In this document: positions 26,544 to 36,268 of the stretch, one piece after another
Layout: each line of letters starts with the position of its first letter
Position numbering within the stretch: position 1 is the first letter of the stretch
Source: Chloroflexaceae bacterium
GTDB lineage: Bacteria > Chloroflexota > Chloroflexia > Chloroflexales > Chloroflexaceae
Assembly (NCBI GenBank): GCA_034437035.1
Contig: DAOTUI010000072.1
Span: 55,107 to 119,106 of the forward strand
DNA: 64,000 nucleotides
Direction: 5' to 3'
Made by a program: the position numbers and the translations under genes
The notes under the pieces: model-generated
Told to the model about the DNA's origin: nothing
Seen by the model: only the letters and a program-made list of their open reading frames with translations
The model's database searches: none

Positions 26544-29531
26544 ATGAATACCCCAATACCATTTCAACGTCTCACCCAGGGTATGTGCCTCCTCCTCGGC
26601 CTGGCATTTGCCTGGCTCGTTTTGCATCCTGGTGTCGCGCTGACCGCTCCACCGGCACCCTATCTGGTTAAGGATATTGGTACGACCGCCAGTAACCCAT
26701 CCTGGCTGGTGACAATGAATGGACGGTTGTTCTTCAGCGCCACCGACAATCAGACCGGCATGGAAATCTGGACGAGTGATGGTACCCCGGAGGGAACGTT
26801 CCTCCTGAAGGATATTTCCCCGGGAAGCAGTAGTTCATATCCAACCTCATTAACGGTTATGAACGGACAACTCTTCTTTGCCGCCAGTGATGGGAATAGT
26901 GGGCAGGAGCTATGGGTCAGCGATGGTACCGCAGCCGGAACCCGCCTGCTCAAGGATATCCGTACCGGGGCGGAGAGTTCCTCACCGTATAACCTGACTG
27001 CTGTTGGGAAGCAATTATTTTTTGTAGCATATGAGCCGGTCGCCGGGAAAGAACTCTGGGCTAGTGACGGTACTGCGGCCGGAACTCGCCTGGTTAAGGA
27101 TATTCAACCGGGTGACGGCTGGTCATCCCCGGTATACCTGACTGCGCTCAATAGTGGCCTCTTCTTTAGCGCCGATGATGGTGCCAACGGACGTGAGCTC
27201 TGGTTTAGTAATGGTACACCGGCAGGAACATATCTGGTCCAGGATATCGAACCGGGTACCGGTGGCTCGTTCCCTGATAATCTCGTAGCCGGTGCTGATC
27301 GCCTGTTTTTTGTCGCTACGACGAGTGAAACCGGACGCGAGGTATGGAACAGCGGCGGTTCTACGGTGAACACCCGGCTTATTCGTGACATTAATCCAGG
27401 CAGCAGTAGCTCGCTGGCTAACGATCTGGCAGTTGTCAATAAAGAGCTATTTTTTGGTGCTACCAATGGCAGCACCGGGCGTGAACTCTGGAGAAGTGAC
27501 GGGACATTGGCAGGAACGGCTCTGGTGGGGGATTTGAACCCCGGTGCCGCCGAAGGCAAACCAGACCACCTGACCAACGTCAATGGGCAATTATTTTTCA
27601 CCGCAACAAATGGTCAAACGGGGGAAGAACTCTGGACATTGTCCGGCGGAGAAAAATTTGTTCTAATGAAAGATATTGTACCGGGATCAGACGGTTCGTC
27701 TCCCCGGTATTTAACTGCATTTAACGATACAGTTTTCTTCGCTGCAACTGAACCTACATATGGCACTGAACTTTATCAGAGCAACGGCATGGCAAGTGGC
27801 ACATCCATGGTTGCCGACATCGCCCCCGGCTCACTCTCTTCCAACCCGCGATCACTGACTGTCACCGGGACAACGCTCTTCTTTACTGCCGATAACGGAA
27901 CTACCGGCCGCGAATTGTGGGCCTTGCCGCTATCTGCATATGTACCAACACCGACCAACACGGCAACCAACACGCCAGTACCACCGACGCCAACCAACAC
28001 GGCAACTAATACGCCGACCAATACACCCGTGCCGCCCACACCAACCAATACGGCAACCAACACGCCGGTGCCGCCAACGGCAACGAGCACGCCGAAGATA
28101 GTGCCTACCATAACCGGAAATGTTATTTTCGATAACACCGAGGTACCGCTCTGTCTATATGATCCATCCATCATTCGTGTCGATGGACAGGTCAGTCTCC
28201 AGCCGGTTGATGCAGTGGCACGCCTGCAGGTCTCCTGGGAGATTGTGCATCCTCAGGATCTGCTCACCGGGCCTGTATTTGAGAATTACGGGCTTGTGCG
28301 GGATGGTGACCAGTTTAGTGTGGAAGTCGAGTGGCCGGGAATACGACCAGATGATAAAGTTGTCGAGTTGCATGTAAATGCTTTGCTGCTCGATGCTACA
28401 ACTGGCGATCCCCTCATGTCCGAAGAAACGTCTGTGGCATACTACTGGTATGATTGGTACTGTCCACCGCCAACACCGCGACCGGCAACTGACACGCCAA
28501 CGGATATGCCAACTGAGACCAGCACGCTGACGGCGACCGGTACGCCAACGGATGTGCCGACCATAACCAGTACGCCGACCAGTACGCCAACGGATGTGCC
28601 GACCATAACCAGTACGCCGACCAGTACGCCAACGGATGTGCCGACCATAACCAGTACGCCGACCAGTACATTAACGCCGACCAGTACGCCGACCAGTACA
28701 TTAACGCCGACCAGTACATCAACGCCGACTAATACGCCGACACCAACCAGTACGCCGGATCTCTCGCGTGAACCTGAATTCGCCGCATGCCCGGCTGGTA
28801 TGGATGAAATTGGTACGTTCGACAACTATGTGCGACGGGATAAAGAGCCACGTTCGCATACCTACGATCTGGATCTATCTGAAGATGCCCGTTTGACCGT
28901 TCTGGGATATGCTGAGGAAGGGCATCCCGATGCCTGCCCGGATGGACGGCTTTGTGGGCAGGGACAGATGCATGAAGAATTCCGGGTTAGCATCAATGAT
29001 GCAACGATTGGAGTACATCATGATCGTGGGGCCGTTAATACCTGGATTCCGGTAGGCCCCTGGCAAACATCGTCTGTGGTTTCTGCCGATGATAACGTAG
29101 TTATGGAAGTCTCGCATCTGCTTGGTGGGAGAACGGCCGAGTCGGTTTCCTTCAAGCTAACGGTATGCGCGGAACCGGTTACACCGGGAGACGACGACGA
29201 TGATGACGATGACGGCGGCAATGACGATGACGACCCAACAGTCGTAGCCGAGAAGAAGGTAAGTCCTGTTCTGGAGTGTGTTGTCCACGAGGATGACGGC
29301 ACATACACGGCCTATTTTGGGTATTACAACCCGAATGATATTACGGTCGAGATTGATCGCGGCCGGCATAACCGGTTCACACCCAGACCGCAGGAGCGTG
29401 ATCAACCTGATGTCTTCCAACCAGGGCGTAAGCGGGCTGTCTTCAGTGTGCCCTTTAACGGCAATCACCTGGTCTGGACGCTGAATGGAAAAACGTCAAC
29501 AGCGTCACGCGACTCGCAACGTTGCCGTTGA
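26544..29531 (+). CDS. Large secreted ELWxxDGT-repeat protein with Pro/Thr linkers, uncharacterised C-terminal domains and a poly-Asp tract
   Basis: Signal-like N-terminus. About 13 repeats of G.ELW.SDGT.AGT.L.KDI.PG. PTNTATNTPVPPT and TPTDVPTITSTPTS linkers. DDDDDDDDGGNDDDD tract. GGAG SD. Confidence 0.8.
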   Translation: MNTPIPFQRLTQGMCLLLGLAFAWLVLHPGVALTAPPAPYLVKDIGTTASNPSWLVTMNGRLFFSATDNQTGMEIWTSDGTPEGTFLLKDISPGSSSSYPTSLTVMNGQLFFAASDGNSGQELWVSDGTAAGTRLLKDIRTGAESSSPYNLTAVGKQLFFVAYEPVAGKELWASDGTAAGTRLVKDIQPGDGWSSPVYLTALNSGLFFSADDGANGRELWFSNGTPAGTYLVQDIEPGTGGSFPDNLVAGADRLFFVATTSETGREVWNSGGSTVNTRLIRDINPGSSSSLANDLAVVNKELFFGATNGSTGRELWRSDGTLAGTALVGDLNPGAAEGKPDHLTNVNGQLFFTATNGQTGEELWTLSGGEKFVLMKDIVPGSDGSSPRYLTAFNDTVFFAATEPTYGTELYQSNGMASGTSMVADIAPGSLSSNPRSLTVTGTTLFFTADNGTTGRELWALPLSAYVPTPTNTATNTPVPPTPTNTATNTPTNTPVPPTPTNTATNTPVPPTATSTPKIVPTITGNVIFDNTEVPLCLYDPSIIRVDGQVSLQPVDAVARLQVSWEIVHPQDLLTGPVFENYGLVRDGDQFSVEVEWPGIRPDDKVVELHVNALLLDATTGDPLMSEETSVAYYWYDWYCPPPTPRPATDTPTDMPTETSTLTATGTPTDVPTITSTPTSTPTDVPTITSTPTSTPTDVPTITSTPTSTLTPTSTPTSTLTPTSTSTPTNTPTPTSTPDLSREPEFAACPAGMDEIGTFDNYVRRDKEPRSHTYDLDLSEDARLTVLGYAEEGHPDACPDGRLCGQGQMHEEFRVSINDATIGVHHDRGAVNTWIPVGPWQTSSVVSADDNVVMEVSHLLGGRTAESVSFKLTVCAEPVTPGDDDDDDDDGGNDDDDPTVVAEKKVSPVLECVVHEDDGTYTAYFGYYNPNDITVEIDRGRHNRFTPRPQERDQPDVFQPGRKRAVFSVPFNGNHLVWTLNGKTSTASRDSQRCR
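28542..28727 (+). repeat. In-frame perfect tandem repeats inside the ELW gene (3 x 42 bp, then 2 x 30 bp)
   Basis: acgccaacggatgtgccgaccataaccagtacgccgaccagt x3 (TPTDVPTITSTPTS). Then acattaacgccgaccagtacgccgaccagt x2. Confidence 0.8.
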
Positions 29532-29563
29532 CCTTTAACATCACGCCCCCCGATACAATTTCA

Positions 29564-29597
29564 CGACCACCACGCAACTCTGCGTGGTGGTCGTTTT
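29564..29597 (+). terminator. Rho-independent terminator of the ELW gene
   Basis: 12-bp stem CGACCACCACGC/GCGTGGTGGTCG, 6-nt loop, then TTTT. Confidence 0.75.
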
Positions 29598-29699
29598 AGC
29601 GATGCTGCGAAGGCTACCTGGAGATATGGTATCATACAGAGTTGAAGATGCTCTTTGCAGAGATCCGCAGTCTGGTCACTGCTGCGTGTGGGAGGCAAT

Positions 29700-30668
29700 G
29701 TGCGCGTTTTTATTACCGGCATTACCGGGCCGGTCGGCAGTTTTCTGGCAGATTATCTGCTTACGCTCCCGGAAGTTGAGGTGCATGCGTTCAAACGCTG
29801 GCGGAGTGATATCCGCCCGATTGAACATCTGCGCGGACGGATTGTGCTGCACGAGGGCGACATTGAAGACCCCTTCTCAGTCCAGCGCGCCTTGGAGCAG
29901 GCCGCGCCACACCGGGTCTATCACCTGGCAGCCCAGAGCTACCCCAGTGAGTCCTGGGATGCACCAATCACCACTATGCGCACGAATGTCGAAGGAACAA
30001 TCAATCTGCTGGAGGCGGTACGGCGGCATGCACCGCAGGCCCGTGTCCATATCGCCGGTAGCAGCGCCGAATATGGCCGGGTTCAACCCGAAGATATACC
30101 CATTGTCGAAACCCATCCACTACGCCCCCTCAGTCCGTATGGCGTCAGCAAAGCTGCTGCGGAACTCACCGGCCTGCAGTATCACGACAGTTACGGACTG
30201 GCAGTTATTGTCACGCGCTCGTTTAACCATGTTGGCCCGCGCCAGGGCGACCGCTGCTCCATCCAGACATTTTGCCGGCAAATGGCCGCGATTGAAGCAG
30301 GACAGCAGGAACCGGTAATGTTTGTCGGCAACCTGGAGCCGCGCCGTGACTTCACCCATATGTCTGATGTAGCCCGCGCGCTCTGGATGTTGCTCGAACA
30401 TGGGCAACCCGGTCAGGTCTACAATCTCGGCTCAGGTCAGGCGATCCGTATTGGCGATATCGTTACGCTGGTGCATGAGCAGGGGCGCGTTCCTATCAAA
30501 GTAGAGGTCGATCCCGCCCGCTTACGCCCCGTCGATGAGCCGATATTGCTTGGCGACACCCACAAACTGCGCGCCGCCACGGGTTGGGAGCCACGCATTG
30601 ATATGATCAGTATCGTGGCCGAACTTCTAGAATACTGGCGCGCCCGAATAACCAGCGATCACCAGTAG
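29700..30668 (+). CDS. NAD-dependent epimerase/dehydratase (GDP-mannose 4,6-dehydratase / GDP-sugar reductase-like)
   Basis: VFITGITGPVGSFLADYLL Rossmann motif and YGVSKAAAE (YxxxK). GTG 29700 follows GGAGG. The ORF-track start at 29655 is upstream. Confidence 0.8.
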   Translation: MRVFITGITGPVGSFLADYLLTLPEVEVHAFKRWRSDIRPIEHLRGRIVLHEGDIEDPFSVQRALEQAAPHRVYHLAAQSYPSESWDAPITTMRTNVEGTINLLEAVRRHAPQARVHIAGSSAEYGRVQPEDIPIVETHPLRPLSPYGVSKAAAELTGLQYHDSYGLAVIVTRSFNHVGPRQGDRCSIQTFCRQMAAIEAGQQEPVMFVGNLEPRRDFTHMSDVARALWMLLEHGQPGQVYNLGSGQAIRIGDIVTLVHEQGRVPIKVEVDPARLRPVDEPILLGDTHKLRAATGWEPRIDMISIVAELLEYWRARITSDHQ

Positions 30669-30719
30669 TCACCAGTTGCAGTTGCGAAATATGACTGCAA
30701 ACTGCTGACCCACAAAACC

Positions 30720-31601
30720 ATGGGCACACTTTATCTGGTCAGTACCCCCATCGGCAACCTGGAAGACATAACCCTGCGCGGGGTACGCATCCTGCGCGAG
30801 GTCACCCTGATTGCCGCCGAGGATACGCGCCACACGCAGCGCCTCCTGAAGCGCTACGAGATTCAAACGCCCTGCATTTCGTACCACGAACATAACAAAC
30901 TGACCCGACTCAATCGGGTACTGGACACATTGGCCGAGGGAGATGTTGCGCTCGTCTCCGATGCCGGCACTCCGGCCATCTCCGATCCCGGGTTTGAACT
31001 GGTCAACGCATGCATTGCCGGCGGCTTTCCGGTGCTGCCGATCCCCGGTCCCAGTGCCCCGGTGAGCGCGCTGGTCGTCTCCGGATTACCAACTGACCGT
31101 TTTCTCTATGTTGGCTTTCTGCCGCGCCGAAGCAGCGAGCGCCGCGCCCTGCTAACCGAACTTGCGCCCCTGAGCGTCACGCTGATCTGCTTTGAGGCTC
31201 CCCATCGCCTGGTCGAAACCCTAACCGATGCCCTGGAGATCCTGGGCGATCGGCGGATTGCCGTCACCAAAGATCTAACCAAATTGCATGAAATGGTGCT
31301 GCGGACGGATATCAGTCAAGCGCAGGCCCATTTCACGACCACCCCCCCCCGGGGGGAGTTTACCCTGGTTATTGCGGGGCGGGAACACCCCGAACCGGAG
31401 CGGCAGCGCCGGCAGTCCGTCACAACCATCACCGCTGCGGAAACAGCTCCCGCAACCGACGAAACAGCCATTGCGGAGCGTCTGCACGCACTACGTGATC
31501 AGGGACAGAGCGGCAGTGCCGCCGCACGGACGGTTGCCCGGGAGTTGGGACTGCAAAAAAGCGACGTGTATCAGATATGGCTAAAGCTATTTGCCAATTA
31601 A
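30720..31601 (+). CDS. rsmI: 16S rRNA 2'-O-ribose C1402 methyltransferase (tetrapyrrole-methylase fold) with C-terminal extension
   Basis: GTLYLVSTPIGNLEDITLRG and SDAGTPAISDPG motifs. Confidence 0.85.
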   Translation: MGTLYLVSTPIGNLEDITLRGVRILREVTLIAAEDTRHTQRLLKRYEIQTPCISYHEHNKLTRLNRVLDTLAEGDVALVSDAGTPAISDPGFELVNACIAGGFPVLPIPGPSAPVSALVVSGLPTDRFLYVGFLPRRSSERRALLTELAPLSVTLICFEAPHRLVETLTDALEILGDRRIAVTKDLTKLHEMVLRTDISQAQAHFTTTPPRGEFTLVIAGREHPEPERQRRQSVTTITAAETAPATDETAIAERLHALRDQGQSGSAAARTVARELGLQKSDVYQIWLKLFAN

Positions 31602-31619
31602 CACGAGGAGGAAGGCTAC

Positions 31620-32399
31620 GTGGATCTGAATGAGAGCGTTGTCGTTATTACCGGAGCATCAAGTGGCATCGGCGAAGCAGTCGCCCTTCGGTGTGCTGCC
31701 AAAGGTGCGCAGTTAGTGCTGGCTGCCCGTAGTGCGGACAAATTAGCCGCCCTCGAACAGCAGATTGCGCAGGCGGGTGGGCAAGTGATGGCTGTCACCA
31801 CCGATGTCACCGATACTGCACAGGTGCAGCACCTGGCCGACACCACCCTGCAGCAACACGGTCGGGTGGATGTGCTGATCAACAATGCCGGATTTGGTAT
31901 TTTTGATCCATTTATCAATGCGCAGTTTGACGACCTGGAGCGGATGATGCGGGTCAACTTCTACGGCATGGTTCACTGCACACGCACATTTGTGCCGCAG
32001 ATGATCGAACGCCGGCGGGGCCAGATCATTAATATTGCCTCAATTGCCGGTATCATTGCTATGCGCAACATGGCGTTCTACACCGCAACCAAATTTGCCG
32101 TAATCGGGTTCAGTCACTCACTCCAGCACGAACTGCGCAGCACCGGGGTTAACTGTGTCGTTATCAGTCCCGGCCCGGTGCGCACAAATTTCTTCGAGCA
32201 GGCACAGGTGCAGAAGATGGCCCGCCTGAGCAGACTGTCGCCCTGGCTTAAGGCCGAGGATGTCACGCGCACAATTATCCGAGCCATTGAGCATAACCAG
32301 TCCGGCGAGATTATTCTCCCGGCGATCACGCGTCCGCTGGTGGTATTGGGACGCGCTTTTCCAGGACTGGTAAAACTGGTAGCCCGCATAACCGGATAA
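31620..32399 (+). CDS. Short-chain dehydrogenase/reductase
   Basis: VVITGASSGIGEA, NNAG and YTATKFAV (YxxxK) motifs. GTG start follows AGGAGGAAGG. Confidence 0.85.
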   Translation: MDLNESVVVITGASSGIGEAVALRCAAKGAQLVLAARSADKLAALEQQIAQAGGQVMAVTTDVTDTAQVQHLADTTLQQHGRVDVLINNAGFGIFDPFINAQFDDLERMMRVNFYGMVHCTRTFVPQMIERRRGQIINIASIAGIIAMRNMAFYTATKFAVIGFSHSLQHELRSTGVNCVVISPGPVRTNFFEQAQVQKMARLSRLSPWLKAEDVTRTIIRAIEHNQSGEIILPAITRPLVVLGRAFPGLVKLVARITG

Positions 32400-32407
32400 T
32401 CCGCTCC

Positions 32408-33295
32408 TCAAAGCACATCAATAACTTCCAACGCTATCCGTAACTGCGCCGCCTCATCGTCCGTAAGATTGGTCAGCGGCACCCGCACACTGGTACGCGG
32501 CAGATCGCTACGCCAGGGAAGCACCGCTTTGAGTGGCGGTGGGGTAGGGTTGGGAAGCAGGGCACGTACCGCTGCGAGGCGGGCCTGCGGGGTGGCAACA
32601 TCTCTGCCATGCTGATGGGCATCAAACACGGCACGCACCAGATCCGGCCAGACATTGGAGAGCGCCGAGATAACCCCCGCTGCGTTTGCGGCCAGGGCAT
32701 TGGCAACCTGAGTATCACTCCCGCTAAAGATCCGTAGTTGGGGATACCGCTGGATCAGATCTGTCGTATGCTGAATATCTCCACTGCTATCTTTAATCCC
32801 ATAAAACTGATGCGCGTGGCTTGCCAGCAACCCCTCAATCACCAGCGGCGTGATCGGTACGGCCGTTACCGCCGGGATATGGTAGAGCAGCAACCGCGCA
32901 GCCTCGGGTAGCGCATCACACAGCGCCCGGTAGTAGTTCAGCATGCCTTCCGGACGCCCATTTTTGAAGTAGAAGGGTGGCATAACCAGGATTGCGTCGG
33001 CTCCGTGATCCAGCGCATACTGGCTCAATGTCACCGTTTCGGCAAGTGCCGCACAACCGGTCCCGACAATAACTGCCAACCCACCCCGATGACTCAGTAC
33101 CAGGTCAAGGACCCTTTGGCGTTCGCTCAATCCGAGCGACGGCCCCTCGCCGGTTGTGCCCAGTGCCAGCACACCATGGATACCATGACTTTCCAGAAAG
33201 CGTAAATGTGCCGGAATCCACTCATAATCGACTGATCCAATATCACTGATGAAGGGCGTCAGCGTCGCACAGATAACCCCACTTAAATTTTGCAT
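32408..33295 (-). CDS. DapA/NAL-family class I aldolase (dihydrodipicolinate synthase-like)
   Basis: TPF...GVLALGTTGEGPSL motif and a YHIP..T pattern. Function beyond the family is not assignable. Confidence 0.8.
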   Translation of the reverse strand: MQNLSGVICATLTPFISDIGSVDYEWIPAHLRFLESHGIHGVLALGTTGEGPSLGLSERQRVLDLVLSHRGGLAVIVGTGCAALAETVTLSQYALDHGADAILVMPPFYFKNGRPEGMLNYYRALCDALPEAARLLLYHIPAVTAVPITPLVIEGLLASHAHQFYGIKDSSGDIQHTTDLIQRYPQLRIFSGSDTQVANALAANAAGVISALSNVWPDLVRAVFDAHQHGRDVATPQARLAAVRALLPNPTPPPLKAVLPWRSDLPRTSVRVPLTNLTDDEAAQLRIALEVIDVL

Positions 33296-33356
33296 AATTT
33301 CCCTTATTCCTGATCAGCAGATCCGGCATTGCCTGCTATTCCCCGACGACATAGCT

Positions 33357-34154
33357 CTATCCACGCTCCGCGCTATAGGCCGCAACTGCCGCAACTTCCA
33401 GACGGGCCAGTTCCAGCCGAAACGCCCAGTTCTGCGGGTCAGCATCCATCCGGGCAATCCATGCCGCTGCTCCCCCCAATGTTTCAAGCTCATCAGCATA
33501 GCGATCCAGCGTCTCAAACTCCAGTCCTTCGGTTTCACAGTAGCCCATCCGCAGATCGGATATGCGCTGCAAAAAGAGTGGCCACGAGCAGTCACTGCCG
33601 ACGGTATCGTCCCGGCACTCAGCCACGATATGCTGTGCTGCGCGACGCGCGAGCCCCCGCGAGGCGGCCGTTACATCCCAGGGCAGACCACTCACGGTGG
33701 CAAAGACATGGTTTACAATGCCTTCGGTGTCACGCTGGATTCGGGGGTGCGAGTCAAAGGCGCGGCGCGTTCGCCCCAGCACAGTAAAATCATACTGCAA
33801 GAGTGTATCAAGTATCAGCCGCAGTTCATCGGGATAGTATTCCGCCCAGTGCAATACCCGGTCAAAGTCACAGAAGTGGATATGGGTGGCCTGCGGTACA
33901 TTCACCAGAGCCTGCTCAACGGCAAGCCGCCGCCACAACCCCAGATGCAAATGGCCCTGGGGTAAATCGGCCCCGCCACTACTAACATATGCACCGGTTG
34001 CCTGAAGCAACGAACGTGACGCCGGTAGCGTTGCCGGTGTCACCAGAATAACAATAGAGCTATAGATTTCGTGCAGCAGTGGTACTATGCGCGCAGTCTG
34101 ATCATAGAGGCGTCCATCAGCGTCATGGTGTGTTGCGGCGAGTGCAACCGTCAT
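33357..34154 (-). CDS. Hypothetical protein, no motif recognised
   Basis: 265-aa ORF with coding-like codon usage, in the same orientation as and 61 bp upstream of the DapA-like gene. The antisense ORF 33249-33965 is rejected. Confidence 0.5.
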   Translation of the reverse strand: MTVALAATHHDADGRLYDQTARIVPLLHEIYSSIVILVTPATLPASRSLLQATGAYVSSGGADLPQGHLHLGLWRRLAVEQALVNVPQATHIHFCDFDRVLHWAEYYPDELRLILDTLLQYDFTVLGRTRRAFDSHPRIQRDTEGIVNHVFATVSGLPWDVTAASRGLARRAAQHIVAECRDDTVGSDCSWPLFLQRISDLRMGYCETEGLEFETLDRYADELETLGGAAAWIARMDADPQNWAFRLELARLEVAAVAAYSAERG

Positions 34155-34282
34155 GCCACCACCCTTTCGAGGTAGTTCAGATTTGAGGAATAGCAGGACA
34201 CGGAGACTCCGTTGTGGAACGATGGATCAAATATTGATCGTCTACCAGGATAATGCGGCTATTATAGCATACACCGAGATAC

Positions 34283-34318
34283 CACAAATGGCCTCGGCAA
34301 TTGCCGAGGCCATTTGTG
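34283..34318. repeat. Perfect 34-36 nt palindrome (CACAAATGGCCTCGGCAA|TTGCCGAGGCCATTTGTG)
   Basis: Read directly. It has no flanking T-run on either strand. It lies between the hypothetical gene start and the tandem array. Confidence 0.7.
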
Positions 34319-34433
34319 TACTGTCTTTGTCGCCAGCTAACGCATCGCGTAGCAACGTACTGGTCTTTTGACTAAAATTTGTGCGTTGGATTCTTTAAAG
34401 CATACCGTAGGTTTTGTGCTGTGACGATGACTG

Positions 34434-34889
34434 AATGTCGTGTTGTAACGCTAGTACGATGTCGTGTTGTAATGTCGTGTTGTAACGCTAGTACGATGTC
34501 GTGCTGTAATGTCGTGTTGTGCTGTTGTGCTGTGACGCTGGTACGATGTCGTGCTGTGCTGTTGTGCTGTGACGCTGATACGTTGTCGTGCTGTGCTGTT
34601 GTGCTGTGACGCTGATACGTTGTCATGCTGTGCTGTCGTGTTGTGACGTCGTGCTGTGATACTGGTACGATGTCGTGCTGTAATGTCGTGTTGTGATGTC
34701 GTGCTGTGATACTGGTACGATGTCGTGCTGTAATGTCGTGTTGTGATGTCGTGCTGTAATGTCGTGTTGTGATGTCGTGCTGTAATGTCGTGTTGTGATG
34801 TCGTGCTGTGATACTGGTACGATGTCGTGTTGTGACACTGGTACGATGTCGTGTTGTGATGCCTGCTGTGACGCTCCTACGACACGTTA
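34434..34889. repeat. Compound tandem array: about 24 units of 13 bp (ATGTCGTGYTGTR) punctuated by about 9 units of 11 bp (AYRCTRGTACG)
   Basis: Manual parsing of the run. The plus strand is G+T rich. All minus-strand frames are open, which produces spurious ORFs such as 34372-34899. Confidence 0.85.
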
Positions 34890-35177
34890 CAAGAACCAAA
34901 TACTTCTGGCGTTTGACAGTTCTCGCTCCGGGGAGAGTTCGTTATTGTTGTTGTGCGATGTCCCGTTGCATCTATAGGATAGCATGCCGGTCCTTCTGGT
35001 TCAATGAGGCATGGGTCTTGAGCGGAGTACACCACAGGTACCATGACCATGCTGACCATAAGTACCAGGGTAAAGTTACAGGTTGTTCATCGTTATAGCT
35101 CAACACTGAGGGCAATGCCCCCGGCGCAAGTGAACAGTTTATCACATTTATCCTGCAAGGCACGCCTGCAACCGGCG

Positions 35178-36041
35178 TTATCGGCCACCGGCCGCGCGTA
35201 CAAAACGGCGCACCCGTTCGACATCAACCGGGTTGGCAATTACCCCATCCGCTTTGATGCTGCTGCCGACAATCACCCCATCGGCGACCTCCATGAACGC
35301 GGCGATGTTCTGCTCATCGGTTCCGCTGCCCAGAAGAATGGGGCGATCGCCGGCCAGTGCGCGTGCCTGGCGCACCTTCGCCAGATCCGGAGCATCACCC
35401 GTCATCCGCCCGGAAATGATGAGCGCATCTGCACCAGAGAAGCGGGTCCACTCGATATGCGTTGCCAGGTCGATGCCGGGGAAGCGCACCGAATGCTTTT
35501 TATCGACATCGGCAAAGATTTTAACATGTTCGGCGTGCAGTTCCTTGCGCCGGCGGAGGAGATCCGCCGCGCAGCCTTCGTCCCAACTACCCGCATCCCA
35601 GACGCCCGCGCCGGTGAACATGCAGACGCGGATAAAACCGGCTCCAGATGCCACGGCAATTCCCAACAGCGCTGTGCCGCCATTATGGACCAGATTGATC
35701 CCCAGCGGCAGGTCAACCGCTGACTTCACGGCATGCGCGACGACTGCCTGTGCTGCAATACTCTCCGGCTGGATATGCGGACCGGCCCGGAACGGGATGT
35801 CCCACATATTCTCGACAATCACGCCATGACAGCCACCAGTTGCCAGCGCCTGCGCATCACGTACGGCATGCGCGATAATGGTATCCATGCCATAGCCGGT
35901 ATAACCTGGTGCGCCCGGCAAGGGCCAGCAGTGAACCATGCCGATAACTGGTTTGGGTGTGCCAAAAATCTCACCGAGATCCTGGATTTGCAGGCTGTCA
36001 AGATAGGTTTTCCATGGTGGTGTCATATATCTGATCCTCAT
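35178..36041 (-). CDS. BtpA/SgcQ-family TIM-barrel protein
   Basis: KPVIGMVHCWPLPGAPGY and the overall BtpA-like pattern. The start could be ATG 36041 or ATG 36026. Confidence 0.8.
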   Translation of the reverse strand: MRIRYMTPPWKTYLDSLQIQDLGEIFGTPKPVIGMVHCWPLPGAPGYTGYGMDTIIAHAVRDAQALATGGCHGVIVENMWDIPFRAGPHIQPESIAAQAVVAHAVKSAVDLPLGINLVHNGGTALLGIAVASGAGFIRVCMFTGAGVWDAGSWDEGCAADLLRRRKELHAEHVKIFADVDKKHSVRFPGIDLATHIEWTRFSGADALIISGRMTGDAPDLAKVRQARALAGDRPILLGSGTDEQNIAAFMEVADGVIVGSSIKADGVIANPVDVERVRRFVRAAGGR

Positions 36042-36051
36042 GTTTCAATAA

Positions 36052-36268
36052 CAGGACGTACGCGGTGTGCGTGCAAACGGACCGTTTGCTCTCGATAACG
36101 GCGTATTTCGCCTGCGGCAGCATGGTACGTTTTTGTCTTTTTCCGAAACATGTGGCTCTCCGAGCCACATGTTTCGGAAAAAGACTGTCCCATTCCACCC
36201 TGCCGGAGGCGCATCGGGCCAGTTGTCCAGGCAGACGCCTGGGTTGGGAACCAACCGCGTAACTCCTG
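36052..36268 (-). mobile_element. MITE-like repeat copy B1 with perfect 7-bp TSD TCAATAA
   Basis: TIRs CAGGACGTACGCGGT / ACCGCGTAACTCCTG. TSD at 36045-36051 and 36269-36275. Central 24-bp perfect palindrome at 36135-36185. Confidence 0.9.

Noticed and set aside
29584-30318. 244-aa ORF overlapping the epimerase/dehydratase gene in another frame
   Set aside because: The alternative frame has no motifs. The 29700-30668 frame has the Rossmann GxxGxxG and YxxxK signatures.
34434-34889. Possible CRISPR array
   Set aside because: The units are 11-13 bp and contiguous, with no unique spacers of about 30 bp. There are no cas genes in the window.
34372-34899. 175-aa ORF rich in TTRH/QHDI repeats (also 34379-34609 and 34623-34838)
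   Set aside because: It is a translation of the 13-bp/11-bp tandem array. The period is not a multiple of 3, several frames are open simultaneously, the start is TTG and there is no SD. I treat it as non-coding unless expression data say otherwise.
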